The notes beneath the pieces were generated by a model. That model was not told the DNA's origin and did not search any database. It saw only the letters and a list, made by a program, of their open reading frames with translations. Shown here piece by piece: positions 12,755 to 29,148 of a stretch of 64,000 nt of DNA. Numbering within the stretch: the stretch's first letter is position 1; every line of letters begins with the position of its first letter. Made by a program: the position numbers and the translations under genes. This stretch comes from Octopus vulgaris. Taxonomy: Eukaryota. Where the stretch lies: contig OX597826.1 in the NCBI GenBank assembly GCA_951406725.2, positions 47,430,001 through 47,494,000 of the forward strand, read 5' to 3'.

Positions 12755-13026
12755 TATATATGTATATGAATATATATGTATATGAATATATATGTATGTG
12801 TGTGTATACGTTTGTGTGTCTGTGTTTGCCTCCCTAACGTCGCTTAACAACCCATGCTGCTGTGTTTACGTCCCCCGTAACTTAGCGGTTCGGCAAATGA
12901 TACGGATAGAATAAGTACTAGACTTACAAAGAATAAGTCCTGGGGTCGATTTGCTAGACTAAAGGCGGTGCTCCAGCATGGCCACAGTCAAATGACTGAA
13001 ACAAGTAAAAGAGTAAAGAGTAAAGA
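12546..13026 (+). mobile_element. SINE family A, full length (reference copy in this window)
   Basis: AGGCGTTGGAGTGGCTGTGTGGTAAG (A-box-like), GAGTTCAGTCCC (B-box-like), ACCTTATGCAAGTGTCTT (CORE-like), internal (TA)/(TG) tract, 3' half, GAGTAAA repeats. Confidence 0.92.
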
Positions 13027-13301
13027 TATATATATATATAATTTATAATATCCTGATTTGGGATTTTGTAACGTGTTCTGAAAAGTAACTTAAAAGGTCA
13101 TACTTCCATTTTATCGTTCAAACGTTGATATGAATGACCGTTGAACGACTTCCCAGATCAATTATATGTTTATATACATTGATTTGCGAATATGGGACGA
13201 AGATGATGCATTCCTGGCTGAACTAAATCACAAACAAAACATGTCCTCCATATATGCTTATCTACATACTTAGTTAAACAAATTCGCGCGCACGCACACA
13301 C

Positions 13302-14147
<846 letters not shown>

Positions 14148-14439
14148 TAAATGATTGTTTGATTGATTGATTGATTGATCGAATTGATTGATTGAATGAT
14201 CGACAAGCATACATACATTCACGTATATTCATTCATATATACCATCATATGTACATTCATACACATACATAGAGTCACTCATACGCACAAGCACCGCATA
14301 AATTCTTACAAATGTTGCATAAACACATACACGTGAACACACATATACATGCACACATTCATACACCCATGCTTAAAACATATACACTAACATACATGCA
14401 TACATGCAGGAAAACATACATATATACAAACATGCATAC

Positions 14440-14492
14440 CTCCTTACCTACTTACATACATACATGCATGCATACATGCATATATACATGCA

Positions 14493-14526
<34 letters not shown>

Positions 14527-14703
14527 CATACATACATACATACATACATGCATACATACATATATGCATACATACATACATACAAACATGCATACATGCA
14601 TAAATACATACATGCATACATACATAGTTACATGTATAAATACATACATGCATAAATACATAAATGCATGCATACATACATACATACATGGATATATGCA
14701 TAA

Positions 14704-14734
<31 letters not shown>

Positions 14735-14878
14735 CATACATACATATATACATACATATATACATACATATATACATGCATACATACATACATACATACA
14801 TACATACATACATACATACATACATACATACATACATACATACATACATACATACATACATACATACATACATACATG
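14440..14878. repeat. (TACA)n/(TGCA) degenerate tetranucleotide microsatellite
   Basis: Direct reading. Confidence 0.95.
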
Positions 14879-14999
14879 TACCTATATTCACACTTGCATT
14901 TGCTATAATACGCTGCTGATATATTGAAAATGCTTTGAATCATACTTCCTGATACACACCATGTCTATACACCTTTTCCCCTTCTAATGTGTAATGGGG

Positions 15000-15069
<70 letters not shown>

Positions 15070-15312
15070 GTCTATACGCACACACAGAGAATGAAAGAGG
15101 GAGAGAGTGCGTGAATAAGAGAGAGAGAGAGAGAGAGAGGTGGACAGACAGAAAGAGAGAGAAAGGTATGTACATGTATATGGTTATATTCATAGATAGA
15201 TAGATATATATAATGTGTGAATGTGCATATATGTACCTAGATATACGTAAATATACATTTGTGTGATATATGTATGTATCCACTATGTGTATGTATGTAC
15301 CAGTGCGTGTAC

Positions 15313-15373
<61 letters not shown>

Positions 15374-15868
15374 TATATGTATATATATGGGTGTGTTTGT
15401 GTTTATATGTATGCGTATATATTTTATGTATATATACATATATCTGTATATACATACAAATGTGTATATATCTATTTATATGTTCATTCATATATATATA
15501 TATATATATACATACACATATATATATACACATACGTATATATATATATGTGTGTGTGTGTGTCCATATATATATATATAAATGTATATATTCATTTGTA
15601 TAAGGTCATGCCTGTTCAGTGATACTATATCCGTGTGTATATTAATCTGTGGACGTTGTTTGTGTGTGTGTGTATGAGTGTATGTGTGTATGTGTGTATG
15701 TATGTGTTCGTGTGTGTATGTGTCTGTGCCGCCTAGGTATAGGCATGTATGTGGATGTATTTCACACTTACATGTACAAACGCTTACACAAAGCGTGCCC
15801 ATAAAAACTACATTTCATATTTCAACCATTTGTATGTGAGAGATGATCGTGTTACGTGCAAGTGCTTA

Positions 15869-15923
<55 letters not shown>

Positions 15924-16359
15924 ACTCTCTCTCACACACACACACACTCACACACACACACACGGACACATGGACACATAGACTCACACACACACAAACT
16001 CAGACACACATACACAGATAGACACACATAGTACTATTCAAAGTTTTCCTAAGGAAACTGCGCTGCTATTTCTAGCCAGCGCAAAGGCCTCCCTCATTAG
16101 CACGTGTGAATGTGATACAGCTTACAATCGGTTAGAGAAACACCGAGGAAATGAATTCCTCGATTCCCTAATTTTTTAACAGCACGCGCCAAGTTTGGTG
16201 ATTCCTCTGTGTGTGTGTGTGTGTGTACAAGTGGGGATGCGTATATATATAGTTGTGTGCGGGAATATATATATATATATATGTGTCTTATCGCCTGTAC
16301 TGTAGAGTGGGATTGTGTAAATCTACGCGAATGTGTGTTTGTGTGTTTGTGTGTGTGTA

Positions 16360-16426
<67 letters not shown>

Positions 16427-16793
16427 CGTGTTGAATCTGTTCGCAATATTACCATCGGACGCTTGGAAGTAAAATGAAAAACAAGCATACAAGCACAAAT
16501 AGACACACGCATACACACATACATCTATATGTGTGTGTATATATGTATGTATATATGTGTATATATATATATATATATATAAATATATATACCAATTATT
16601 GGTATATATGTTTATATTGCGTTTAAGTGTACGTCTATATGAAATATGCTATATATAAATATTTTGGTATATATAAATATTTTAATCTTCGGATTCTTTA
16701 ATATGCTAGACCACTGGTCTTAATTGATAAATATCAATTTCTACCCTTAATTAATTTTATATAAATATATATATATACACATATATATATATT

Positions 16794-16830
<37 letters not shown>

Positions 16831-16978
16831 TTAGAGGAAAAGAGAGATAGAGATATGTATATGTATGTATATGTGTATATATATATGTATGTCTATATAT
16901 GTATATATATATACATATATATATATTGTTATATTTCGGAATGGTCATATTGCCAGTTTAGCCAACAAATATTTAAAC

Positions 16979-17136
<158 letters not shown>

Positions 17137-17494
17137 GATATAGAAAGAGAGAGATTGATTGACAGGTAAATAGATAGCGAGAGACAGGTGGGGAGAGAGA
17201 TGTGCATGCATGTATAATTATACGCGACGAAAGTATCTGAACAAAATCTTCGATGTCACAGTCAACATTTTGTTGCAAAAATTTTCTACAAATGCATAGA
17301 TATACTTGCATATGCACGTATGTGTGCACATGTATGCATGCATATGCATATGCTGGTGTCTCAAGCGATAGACTCGTATGCTGCAAAGCCTTGTGTGAGA
17401 ATTTACAGGATAGAAAACTCTAAGAAGCCCATCGTTGGCGTGTCTGTGTGTGCAGTATGTATGTGTTTATGTATGTATATATGTATGTATGTAT

Positions 17495-17873
17495 ACTCGC
17501 TTACTCTTTTGCTTACTTCAATCATGTGACTGTGACCATGCTGGAGCACCGCCTTTAGTCGAGCAAATCGATCCCAGGACTTATTCGTTGTAAGCCTAGT
17601 ACTTTTTCTATCGGTCTCTTTTGCTGCACCGCAAAGTTACGGGGACGTAAAGACACCGGCATCGGTTGTCAAGCGATGTTGGGGGGACAAACACAGACAT
17701 ACATACATATATATATATACATACATTCCAGTTTCCGTCTACCAAATCCACTCACAAGGCTTTGGTCGGCCCGAGGCTGTAGTAGAAGACACTTGCCCAA
17801 GGTGCCACGCAGTAGGACTGAACCCGGAACCATGTGGTTCGTAAGCAAGCTACTTATCACACAGCTATTCCTA
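17495..17873 (-). mobile_element. SINE family A, full length
   Basis: Reverse-complement match to 12546-13026, including CACCTTGGGCAAGTGTCTT. Confidence 0.92.
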
Positions 17874-17999
17874 TGTATGTATGTATGTATGTATGTATGT
17901 ATGTATGTATGTATGTATGTATGTATGTATGTATGTACGTATGTACGTATGTATGTATATCTGTACATTCATATCTATGATTGTGTGTATATCTTTTTG

Positions 18000-18182
18000 T
18001 TTGCGTTTGGCCACCACCATCACTTGGCAACCGGTGTTGGTTTACTTTTAAGAAACCGACAGAATTAGTTCGAGACTTTAAGAAGAAAGTGCTGTTGTCG
18101 ATTCCTTCGACTAAACTTTTCAACGTGGTGCACCAGCATGGCCGCACTCCACGCACTGAAACAGTTAAACGAGAAAAGATAA
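18000..18182 (+). mobile_element. SINE family A, degenerate 3' half
   Basis: CACTTGGCAACCGGTGTTGG...GGTGCACCAGCATGGCCGCA...ACTGAAACAG. Confidence 0.7.
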
Positions 18183-18419
18183 AATTCATCATTACTTTGA
18201 GAGGTGGTAAACAATTGCCTAGTGGCAATTACGACTGACTCAGCAATACAACGGCTCTCAATCTCAAGAACAGGGGATTCTCTGGATTTGATATGCCATT
18301 TAGAAACTGTAATTTGTTTTTGATTTTCTGGAGGTAAGATGTCAGTTATGTAAACAGTATAATGATATAAACATACACATCTACAAGCACCCATTTATAT
18401 TTATGCGTGCGTATATATA

Positions 18420-18655
18420 ATGGTAGTCATTCGTAGTCCGTGAAATACGGTTCTGCAATTTCTTGTTGAACACCCAGCACAAATGACTTGTTTATAGTGT
18501 TCAAATGGATGTGATGTACTCCCAACAATGGAAACAACGCTGCCTGAAGAGGTGCACTGAGTACAAAACGTCAGGTGTCGAAGTGATCGTACAGCAACGG
18601 GAGATGAACTGTTTGCTCAAGAATACAATGCACCACTAGGCCATGTATCTTCACC
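18420..18655 (-). mobile_element. Old tRNA-derived SINE with internally deleted head
   Basis: Minus strand reads TGAAGATACATGGCCTAGTGG joined directly to TGCATTGTATTCTTGAGCAAA, sharing head elements with families C and D. The 3' boundary is uncertain. Confidence 0.5.
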
Positions 18656-18920
18656 TGTGTGTGCGTCTGTATGTGTAAATATGTGTCTGTGCATGAGTGT
18701 GCATGCGCGCGTGTGTGTACACATATACTCACACACACAGACGCGCACACATATAATGGATGCGAAAAGGGCCGAATTAAGCGTACCATGGGTGAAAACC
18801 GGATCAGTGCTCTGCGGGTTCAGAATTCGTAAGATAGAACACTCTCCTTTGTAGGGTAAGAGATGTTAAATTTAAATGAAATTTTTATAAATGACATAAT
18901 GCTATATATATATGTATATA

Positions 18921-19022
<102 letters not shown>

Positions 19023-19093
19023 CATACATATATATATATACGCACACACACATATATATATATATACATAAATGTGCATACATACAAACATAC

Positions 19094-19138
<45 letters not shown>

Positions 19139-19209
19139 TATGTGTGTGTGTATACATACATGTGAATGTTGGCGAATTTTTCCTTCGTCTTCCTATTCTA
19201 TTGGACTCT

Positions 19210-19244
19210 GTTTCTGAAGAAGAGCTTTGCTTGAAACATTAAAC
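19210..19244 (+). ncRNA. Degenerate minimal hammerhead in a Penelope-like remnant (about 19165-19342)
   Basis: GTTT-CTGAAGA-A-GAGC(ttt)GCTT-GAAAC-ATT-AAAC. Restoring two CpG-type transitions gives GCTC-GAAAC-GTT, the same architecture as 1161-1197. Confidence 0.65.
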
Positions 19245-19365
19245 CACCTTTCTTTCCTTCTCTGAGCGTCTGCTCATACTTTACTTGTACCACGTCCTCG
19301 CGTAGCTGTTTTTTTGTGTGTTTGTTCTTCGTTTTTTTTTTTTTGGGGGGGGGGGATTTACTTTA

Positions 19366-19414
<49 letters not shown>

Positions 19415-19496
19415 ATATAAATGTATATATGTATAAATTATGTATATATGTGTGTGTATATATTTATATATACATACATATATATCTATATATATG

Positions 19497-19542
<46 letters not shown>

Positions 19543-21431
19543 CATATATGTACATAGAGAGAGAGAGAGAGAAAGAAAGAGAGAGACGCAATATGACGAA
19601 GGCAAGCATAAAGTTCGAGTTAACTCGAAAATTTTTCCTTGTGAAAGTTTAATAAACTAAAATTATTGAGTAGTTCTTAAGTCTAACGTTAAATTGTCTT
19701 CATATATATAACCTAACATGAAAACAATCATTAATATGTTCGTGTGTGTATGCGAGTCTCTTGTACATGCATGTATGTGTACGTATGATTGTGCACGTGT
19801 CTATGTGTGTGTGTGCGTTTCTGTATTTATATGAGTTAATCAAAAACGTGTAGATTGCGAATGTGTAGAAGTGAAAGTGTGACTCATATGTTTATATTTA
19901 CAGCGTGAAAAGTAGCATCTTCACCTATTAAGCATTACACTGTATGTGTGTGTCTAGTCTAACGTTTATGTTTGTAAACTTCAAGTTGCTGCTTTAAACT
20001 GTGGCGTTGTGGATATTATTCCTTAAGTGAATGCGTCGCTTAAATCCAAATTTCTTATTTGTCGTCTACTTCTTCCATAGATTGAGATCAACACAAATCA
20101 TTCCACACACACGCACACACAAGTTAGCATATACAAAACACCAGTATATATAGGAAAAACCCTGGATGGTCCCAATCGGAACGTTTTCAATTATTGACCA
20201 GGAGCTAAAAACACTGACAAAGGGAATAACAATCTTTGAACACAAGATACAACAATCATTCATTCGACCTGTAGTCAATAGCTGTCAAATGTCCCCCCAA
20301 ATCACGCCCAACGTGCTTGAAAAGGTCATGCTGTATAATGTAGGTCTGCTGCTTGAAGCCCTAATCGTACATTCGTTTCCCGTTTTAAAAGCGATAGATG
20401 AGATAAAGCTTTTCTGACATCTCAGTATACGCTCCTTCTCCTGGTAGTGATAACCACATCGGTCTTATTGTATAGTCTACTGTTTTGGGTACTGTTGTAT
20501 GTGTCAAATGACGAATCATGTCATTAAATGGCTGGGACATTTGCTAGACATAGAAGTCACATATGAGCGATGTCATCACCATTTGAGAGGATAATGAATT
20601 AGTAACCATATAAAGCATGAAGTCATGCAGCAAGTTATCGGAATCGTTACAGCTTCGCATAACACTATCTACAGCAAGCGGGTCGGCTCTCTACGTTCTG
20701 AGATCGAATCCCAACGCGACCAAGTGTGCAGTCTATTGTCTGGGGCGGCGGGGGGCTGATAAATATAAAGTGACAGTCCTGTAGAGAGGTCAATCTCCTC
20801 TTCCACTCATGTTTTTCTAGCGATTTGGCTTTCTTCCTTTTACCAAAAATCGACTTTGGTCAGTCGAGTTATCCACAATGACAGCCGCTACAAATCCAAC
20901 AGAACAAGGCCAAATGAGATACAAAGACCAATATTATGTTTCAATACGCCATTTTAAGAGACCATATATGGGTTAGTATGTGCGCATATACATATATATA
21001 TATATAAATATCTGTAAGTATATATACATATATGTCTGTGTGTACATGCATACGCACACACATATATGTATATATTTAGACACGGCTATATATATAAGCA
21101 ATATGTAGATGTCAATATATAAATGAATATGTATATACATACACATGAGTGTGTGTGTGTGTGTATAGAATAAACACACGGACATATAGCTAGGGAAATG
21201 GATATATATACTATTCCGTTGATATGTTTCTATTAAAAGTAATTTTATTTCGTTCTCTTACACCCACGCATATATATATTTATACGTTGGGAATTTACAA
21301 CAAAATCAGGCATATAACTATTTGATATATTCTTTGACATTAAGTACATCAAAGTTTCAGTATGCGTATGTATATTTATATATATATATATATATAGACA
21401 TAGGTATATATTTACATGCATCTATACATAC

Positions 21432-21463
<32 letters not shown>

Positions 21464-21482
21464 GTATGTATAGATGCATGTA

Positions 21483-21519
<37 letters not shown>

Positions 21520-22176
21520 GTATTTATATATCTATATGTGCATACATTCATTTATACTTATAGACGTTTATGTATATGAATGTATTTACATACTAAACAA
21601 AATATATCTAAGTATATATGTATATAAGGAAGGACTATATATATATAAATATATATACTACATACATACAAACATACTCATATGAACTCTCTCTCTCTCT
21701 CACACACACACAAGCACATACACACACACACACAAGCACATACACAAACACACACAAACACATACATATAGAGACACATATTCACACTCCGCTAATAAGA
21801 ATGGCTGGGAAAGAAAAATAAACTGATGGATAGATTATCGCATTTAATGATAATATATAAAGCAGGATTGCTATTAATACATGGGAGTACATATCTATAT
21901 ATGTATTTATACATACGTACGTACATACATATATACATATATACATACATGCATACATACATACGTACATGCATACATCCATCCATACATACATACACAT
22001 GTGTGTATTTTTGGTTAGTGTGTACAGATTTAGAGATATCTCGTGTATGATATATTGCATATACATATGTTGATATATATACTACATAGGAAATATATTG
22101 CTCTCTCTTTATATATACATATGTGTGTGTGTGTGTGTGTGTGTGTGTACATATATATAGCAATATTGCTATATAT

Positions 22177-22335
22177 ATATACAAACACATATATATCTGT
22201 GTCTATATATACATATATATATATATATATGCGTGTGTATAGATATAAATATATAGCAATATTGCTATGTATATATATCTATACACGCGCATATATATAT
22301 ATATGTATATATAGACACAGATATATATGTGTTTG

Positions 22336-22340
<5 letters not shown>
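22177..22340. repeat. About 164-bp spacerless palindrome centred on GCAAT|ATTGC (22260/22261)
   Basis: ACAAACACATATATATCTGTGTCTATA...GCGTGTGTATAGATAT pairs with ATATCTATACACGCGC...TATAGACACAGATATATATGTGTTTGT, with few mismatches. Confidence 0.9.
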
Positions 22341-22387
<47 letters not shown>

Positions 22388-22850
22388 GCATGTGTATGTG
22401 TGCATGTAGATATACATATATCTGCATATATATTTATATATATTTACATATATACATATACACACATGTGTGTATATGTAAGTATATATTTATATATATG
22501 TACGTGTATTTATACACACATAAGTATATATGCATATAGGTATAGTTGTGTACATATATATATATATGTCTATATACTTCTTTCAAATATACACAAATAC
22601 ATAATTGTATTTGCGTATGTGTGTGTATACCCATCCATACATCCATCCATCCGTATATGTACATAGATTTGTATAAATGTACCTGTTAATCTTTAGGCAT
22701 ATCTGTACCTACACACATACTCTCATAAACACACAAACACAAATACACAGACAAACACACACACACATACACGCACACATACACACACAAAGGCACATAC
22801 ACATTCATACTTGTATATATATATGTGTATGTGTCTACATATATGTGTGT

Positions 22851-22926
<76 letters not shown>

Positions 22927-22994
22927 ATACATATATATATATAATTATATATACATATACATTTATATATATATGTCTGTATATATATGTGTGT

Positions 22995-23025
<31 letters not shown>

Positions 23026-23508
23026 CATATATATATATATATGCACACACATGTATACACACACTCACATACGCATACACAAGCACACACGTTTATCACA
23101 AAACAACGTCGAACTTCTCACAGGTCACACGTCATGCTAGAAATAGCAGCCAAATATTTTCGTAGGTCTCAAGTTTCGAAAAGGATGCTTTTATTAAGTT
23201 ATGTTACTGTAGGTATTATAAACTTCAGTTTCGGAAAGGTTGGTCAAGGTAGGACCGTTTGCAATCATTGTTTGGATGCATCCTAACATGCACTACAAAC
23301 GCATATATGTGTGCGAATGTTTTCCTGCGCGTGTGTTTATATATATATATGTGTGTGTGTTTGTGTGTGTATGTGTGTGTATGTATGTATATATTCGCTT
23401 TCGTTTCTAAATGTATATGTGTGTTTAAATATTTCTCTACAAACTTTTCCTTCCTGGTACCTCAAAAGTCTATACGGAATCCGTGCTGTTTGTATGACTG
23501 TGTTTCTT

Positions 23509-23549
<41 letters not shown>

Positions 23550-23807
23550 CTTTGTGTGTGTGTGTTTCTGTGTGCGTACTTTTATTTCCATTTACTTCTT
23601 TCTTTTCTTTTCATGAGTCGCCGGCCATGCCACAGTAAAGCCCCCTGACGACAATTTGTGATAGAAGGAGCAGTATGATACCCCGCTCCCATCACTTCGG
23701 TCCTTGGAAAAGGGTGTCCCCTATTTTGCGATTCTTCTCCACTGCTTACGCGCAAACACACACACACACACACACATGTATATATACATATGCATACATA
23801 TATATCT

Positions 23808-23910
<103 letters not shown>

Positions 23911-24219
23911 TATATTTATATTCAGATATATAGACATGTATATATACATGTATGTGTATATATATATAAATATGTATTTATATGTACATATGCTCATAGA
24001 AATATATATGTATATGCATATATGTGTTCGGATATATATAAGTGTATGTATGTTTAGTTTATATACATACATACATGCATATATATATATTTATATATAT
24101 ATATTTATATATATACATACATCTATACGTATATTTATATATGAATGAAAATATATGAATGCTTATATAAATACACACACGAGAGGGTGTGCATTTGTGT
24201 CTATCTTCTTTATGCTCGC

Positions 24220-24260
<41 letters not shown>

Positions 24261-24889
24261 TATCACGCGCGCTCGCACACACACACACACACAGAGGGAA
24301 GCACATATATTCACTGAGGATAACAGGGAGCAGCGATTCACAAAAAAAAAACTACCAGCCCCACTTCCCACTCACCGTCAATAAGGAAAATGTATCCATT
24401 CAGAAATCAAGGGGCGATATGTTTATGAATACATGGGTGGTGTTATATATACATATGTGTGTGCGCAGTCTGGTTTTGAGCATGTGTCTATGTATGCGTG
24501 TGTTTGTGTGTGTGTGTGTCAGTGTGTGTCTTTATACGTACGTCTTTATGTGCTTGCATGGGCGTCTCTGTACATATGTATGCGTATATAAGTTTAAATT
24601 TTTTATCAAGTATGGATGTGAAAATAGATAAGTATGTGTCAATATGTGTATATACACATGTATGATACGTATCTCTGTTTGATATAAGTTTCTAAATATA
24701 TATATGTGCGTTTGAGGCTTTGTACGTGTGTGTGTGTGTGCGTGAGTGATACACACACATACACACGCACATTCACACACAAACGCAATCGTACATGTGT
24801 ATGTATACATATCTGTTCGTGTCTGTAAGTACTGTCATATAAATATGTGTGTGTGTGTCTGTATGAAAGTATGTATATATGTAAGCATG

Positions 24890-24991
<102 letters not shown>

Positions 24992-26035
24992 TATAACACA
25001 TATATACATATATGTTTTTATGTGTGTGTGAGTGTTTACCTGTAGGTGTGCGTGCACGTATGTATATATTTAGTGGAACAAATGGTGCAAACAGAACTCA
25101 GTACATGAAGGTTTCCGAACAGTTTCCGTCAGCTAAATTTATTCCCAAAGCATTGACACCGGTTTGCTCTGTTCTTTCCCTTCGGGAGAATTTCACTCTG
25201 TGTAGAGCAACGGGGTTGAACCCAAAGATCGTCAGCTAACGAGATGCTATATTGAAGCCACACTGTCATTTACACATACATTAATCTTCAAAATTAATAT
25301 TTTCACACCCTTGATTGTGTGCAACAACAAAAACACATATGTAAAAAGTAATAATACACATGCACACACAAACACCAAAGTACTAATGAGGCAAGTTCAC
25401 ACAAAGCATGACTGCAGGTGCGTAGATCTACATATATATACTCACACTAAACTCAACCACACATTTACAAACACCCGGAACTGTTTTCATTCAAAAGGTC
25501 TTGTCACTTTGTTAGCGACTTTTCTTGAAGAACTTAAATAAACCTCAAAGAAGGCATCTCTGTATGTATGTATGTATGCATGTATGTATGTATGCATGTA
25601 TGTATGTATGTATGTATGTATGCATGTATGTATGTATGTATGTATGTATGTATGTATGTATGTATGTATGTATGTATGTGTGTGTGTATGTATGTATGTA
25701 TGTATGTATGTATGTATGTATGTATGTATGTATGTATGCATGCATGCATGTATGTATGTATGAATGTATGTATGTATATATATCTATCTATCTACCTGCC
25801 TATCTGTCTGTCTGCCTATCTAATGTCTGTCAGTCTATGTCAGCTTCTCTATCTCTCTCTCTCACTCTCTCTCTCTCTCTCTCTCTATCGCTCTCTCTAT
25901 CTATATATATATATATTTATCTATTTATCTATCTATTTATTTATTTATTTATTTATTTATTTATCTATCTAACTAGCTAGCTAGCTATCACTTAGTCTCT
26001 CTATGTATTTATCTACCCATATATGTGTATGTATA

Positions 26036-26091
<56 letters not shown>

Positions 26092-26092
26092 C

Positions 26093-26137
<45 letters not shown>

Positions 26138-26265
26138 TGTCTAAAATCCATGAATCACAAAAAACAGGTACTTGTATATATACAGTAATTAAGTGGGTAT
26201 TTTATTCTTATAAACATAATACTATAATAGAGTATACATTTATACATACATATATACATACATAC

Positions 26266-26303
<38 letters not shown>

Positions 26304-26681
26304 CGTTTTGTGTGTGTGTATGTACACACACATACATTCATATGTTCATACAGATCGCGCGCTCACAAACACGTGTGTATGTATATGTGTAATTTGTATG
26401 TTGGTAAATGTTGTATTCCAAAGAAAAGATTGCCACTGCGTCCATACACAGCCAAGCAGTTTACTAGAAATATCAGCTAAATCTTCTAATATAACCCTAT
26501 CATTTTTTTTGGGTTTTTTTTTTTGTTTTTTTTTTTAAATACGGAAAGAGAAAAACGAAAAGTTATAAGAAAAGAAAGATAAGAAAACAATAAAGCAGTA
26601 AAATAAAACAAGTACTTCTGTTGGATGACCTTTAATGATAAGTCTACTCGGGTGAGGGCTTTGCCTGTGGTTAAACGCCAA

Positions 26682-26825
26682 CACCACCACCATCACCACC
26701 AGCATAAACAACATCATCGTCATCATCATCATCATCATCGTCATCGTCATCATCATCATCATAACCATCATCATCGTCGTCGTCATCATTATCATCATCA
26801 TCATCGTCATCATCATCAACATAAC

Positions 26826-26860
<35 letters not shown>

Positions 26861-26896
26861 CCAACATCATCATCGTCAGCGTCAGCGTCATCATCA
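26682..26896. repeat. (CAT)n trinucleotide microsatellite with CGT/CAC variants
   Basis: Direct reading. Confidence 0.95.
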
Positions 26897-26938
26897 ACGA
26901 CTATATGGACAACATCGTGTATGAAACTCCAATGAATT

Positions 26939-27004
<66 letters not shown>

Positions 27005-27185
27005 TGTGTGTGTCTGTGTCAGTGTATGTGTGCATGTGTGTGTTTATATATATATGTATATGAAGTAGAATGTATATAAAATGTATGCATATATTCCCTT
27101 GTGTATATTATGTGCAATGGGGTGTATATACCCATGTTTTGCACTGTTTGTGTATGTATACCTTGTAACGTGTGAATATGTATAC

Positions 27186-27247
<62 letters not shown>

Positions 27248-27584
27248 TTGTGACCGTGTGTGAACTCTGTGTGCGAGTGCGAACATTTTGTATGTGTCTA
27301 TGTGGGTGTGTATGTGTACCCGTGTGTGTATATGTATGTTATCGCATTAGTGCATACATGTGGATGTATATGTTTATATTGCAAATGTCAAGAGATTACA
27401 TACGAACAAAAGCAACACACACGTACACACACACAGAGACAGACAGACATACAGATAGACACACACACACACACACGCACACACACATGCACGTACACAC
27501 ATTCATACACATGCGTGTGTAAAGTATCACAAGCCTACATTCTCGCACACATATCAATACATATTTGTGTGTTTATGTATATAT

Positions 27585-27628
<44 letters not shown>

Positions 27629-27763
27629 GTGTGTATATATATATATATATGTATGTATATATATGTGTGTGTATATATATATATATGTATATGTGTGTGT
27701 GCATATGTATACGTATATATATATTTATGCATATATATACATATACACAAATGTGTATATACA

Positions 27764-27807
<44 letters not shown>

Positions 27808-27824
27808 GGGAGAGAGAGAGAGAG

Positions 27825-27891
<67 letters not shown>

Positions 27892-27989
27892 CAGATAGAT
27901 AGATAGATCTGTTGCTCTCTCCTTATTACCACAGACGCATGGATTTGATCTCAGAGGCATGTATTTATATAAACGTACACACACACACT

Positions 27990-28051
<62 letters not shown>

Positions 28052-28421
28052 ATTGCGAACACGAGTGAACTCACTGATTCAGAGATACAAGCACACACGC
28101 ACTGACACGCATACACACACACATCTGCACCCACACTCACACGCATTCACACTCGCTTACAGATAGTCGCTATATAGGAATATAAGAATATAAATACATA
28201 CACACATCGACAAATAAATATACACAAACCCACAATTTCACACACACATATACATATTGACAAAAAGACTTTCACGTAATAAGCACACATTTATTGCCAT
28301 AGACATGCACACACATACATATACACATATCAACAGATACCTACAAACACTTACATATTTTTGTATGTATACAACTAATTTTCCCATACCGATTTTATGT
28401 TCACCTCTCTCTTTCTCTGCG

Positions 28422-28504
<83 letters not shown>

Positions 28505-28549
28505 GTCTGTCTGTCTATCTATCTATATATCTATCTATATATCTGTCTG

Positions 28550-28608
<59 letters not shown>

Positions 28609-28848
28609 GTCTGTCTGTCTGTCTGTCTATCTGTCTGTCTGTCTGTCTATCTACCTATCTGTCTGTCTGTCTGTCTGTCTGCCTATCTTTTTGTCTGTCT
28701 GTCTGTCTGTCTGTTTGCCTGTATGTATGTATGTATGTATGTATGTATGTATGTATGTATGTATGTACGTATGCATGCATGCATGTGTGTATGTATGTAT
28801 GTATGTATGTGTGTATGCATGTGTGTATGTATGTATGTATCTATCTGT
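28422..28848. repeat. Compound (TCTA)n(TCTG)n(TATG)n microsatellite
   Basis: Direct reading. Confidence 0.95.
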
Positions 28849-28876
28849 CACTTACGCATATACACATAAATAATAC

Positions 28877-29098
28877 AGGTCATGGGGTAAGAAGTTTGCT
28901 TCTCAACCACACGGTTCTGAGTTCAAACCCACTGCGTGGTACCTTGGGTAGGTGCCTTTTGCTACAGCCTCGGGCCGATCAAACCCTTGTGAGTAGATTT
29001 GGAAAACAGAAACTGGAAGGAGCCCGTCAGTATATGTATACATACGTGTATGTATATATATATATGCGTGTGTGTTTAGGTGTGTGTGTGTGTATGTA

Positions 29099-29148
<50 letters not shown>

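Noticed and set aside
18540-18576. CTGAAGA-GGTGC..GTAC-AAAACGTC hammerhead-like string
   Set aside because: The GAAA box is absent, there is no stem I, and it lies antisense within a SINE body.
26535-26924. Poly-His ORF (+) and poly-Met ORF (-)
   Set aside because: Both are the (CAT)n microsatellite; no flanking domain or splice support.
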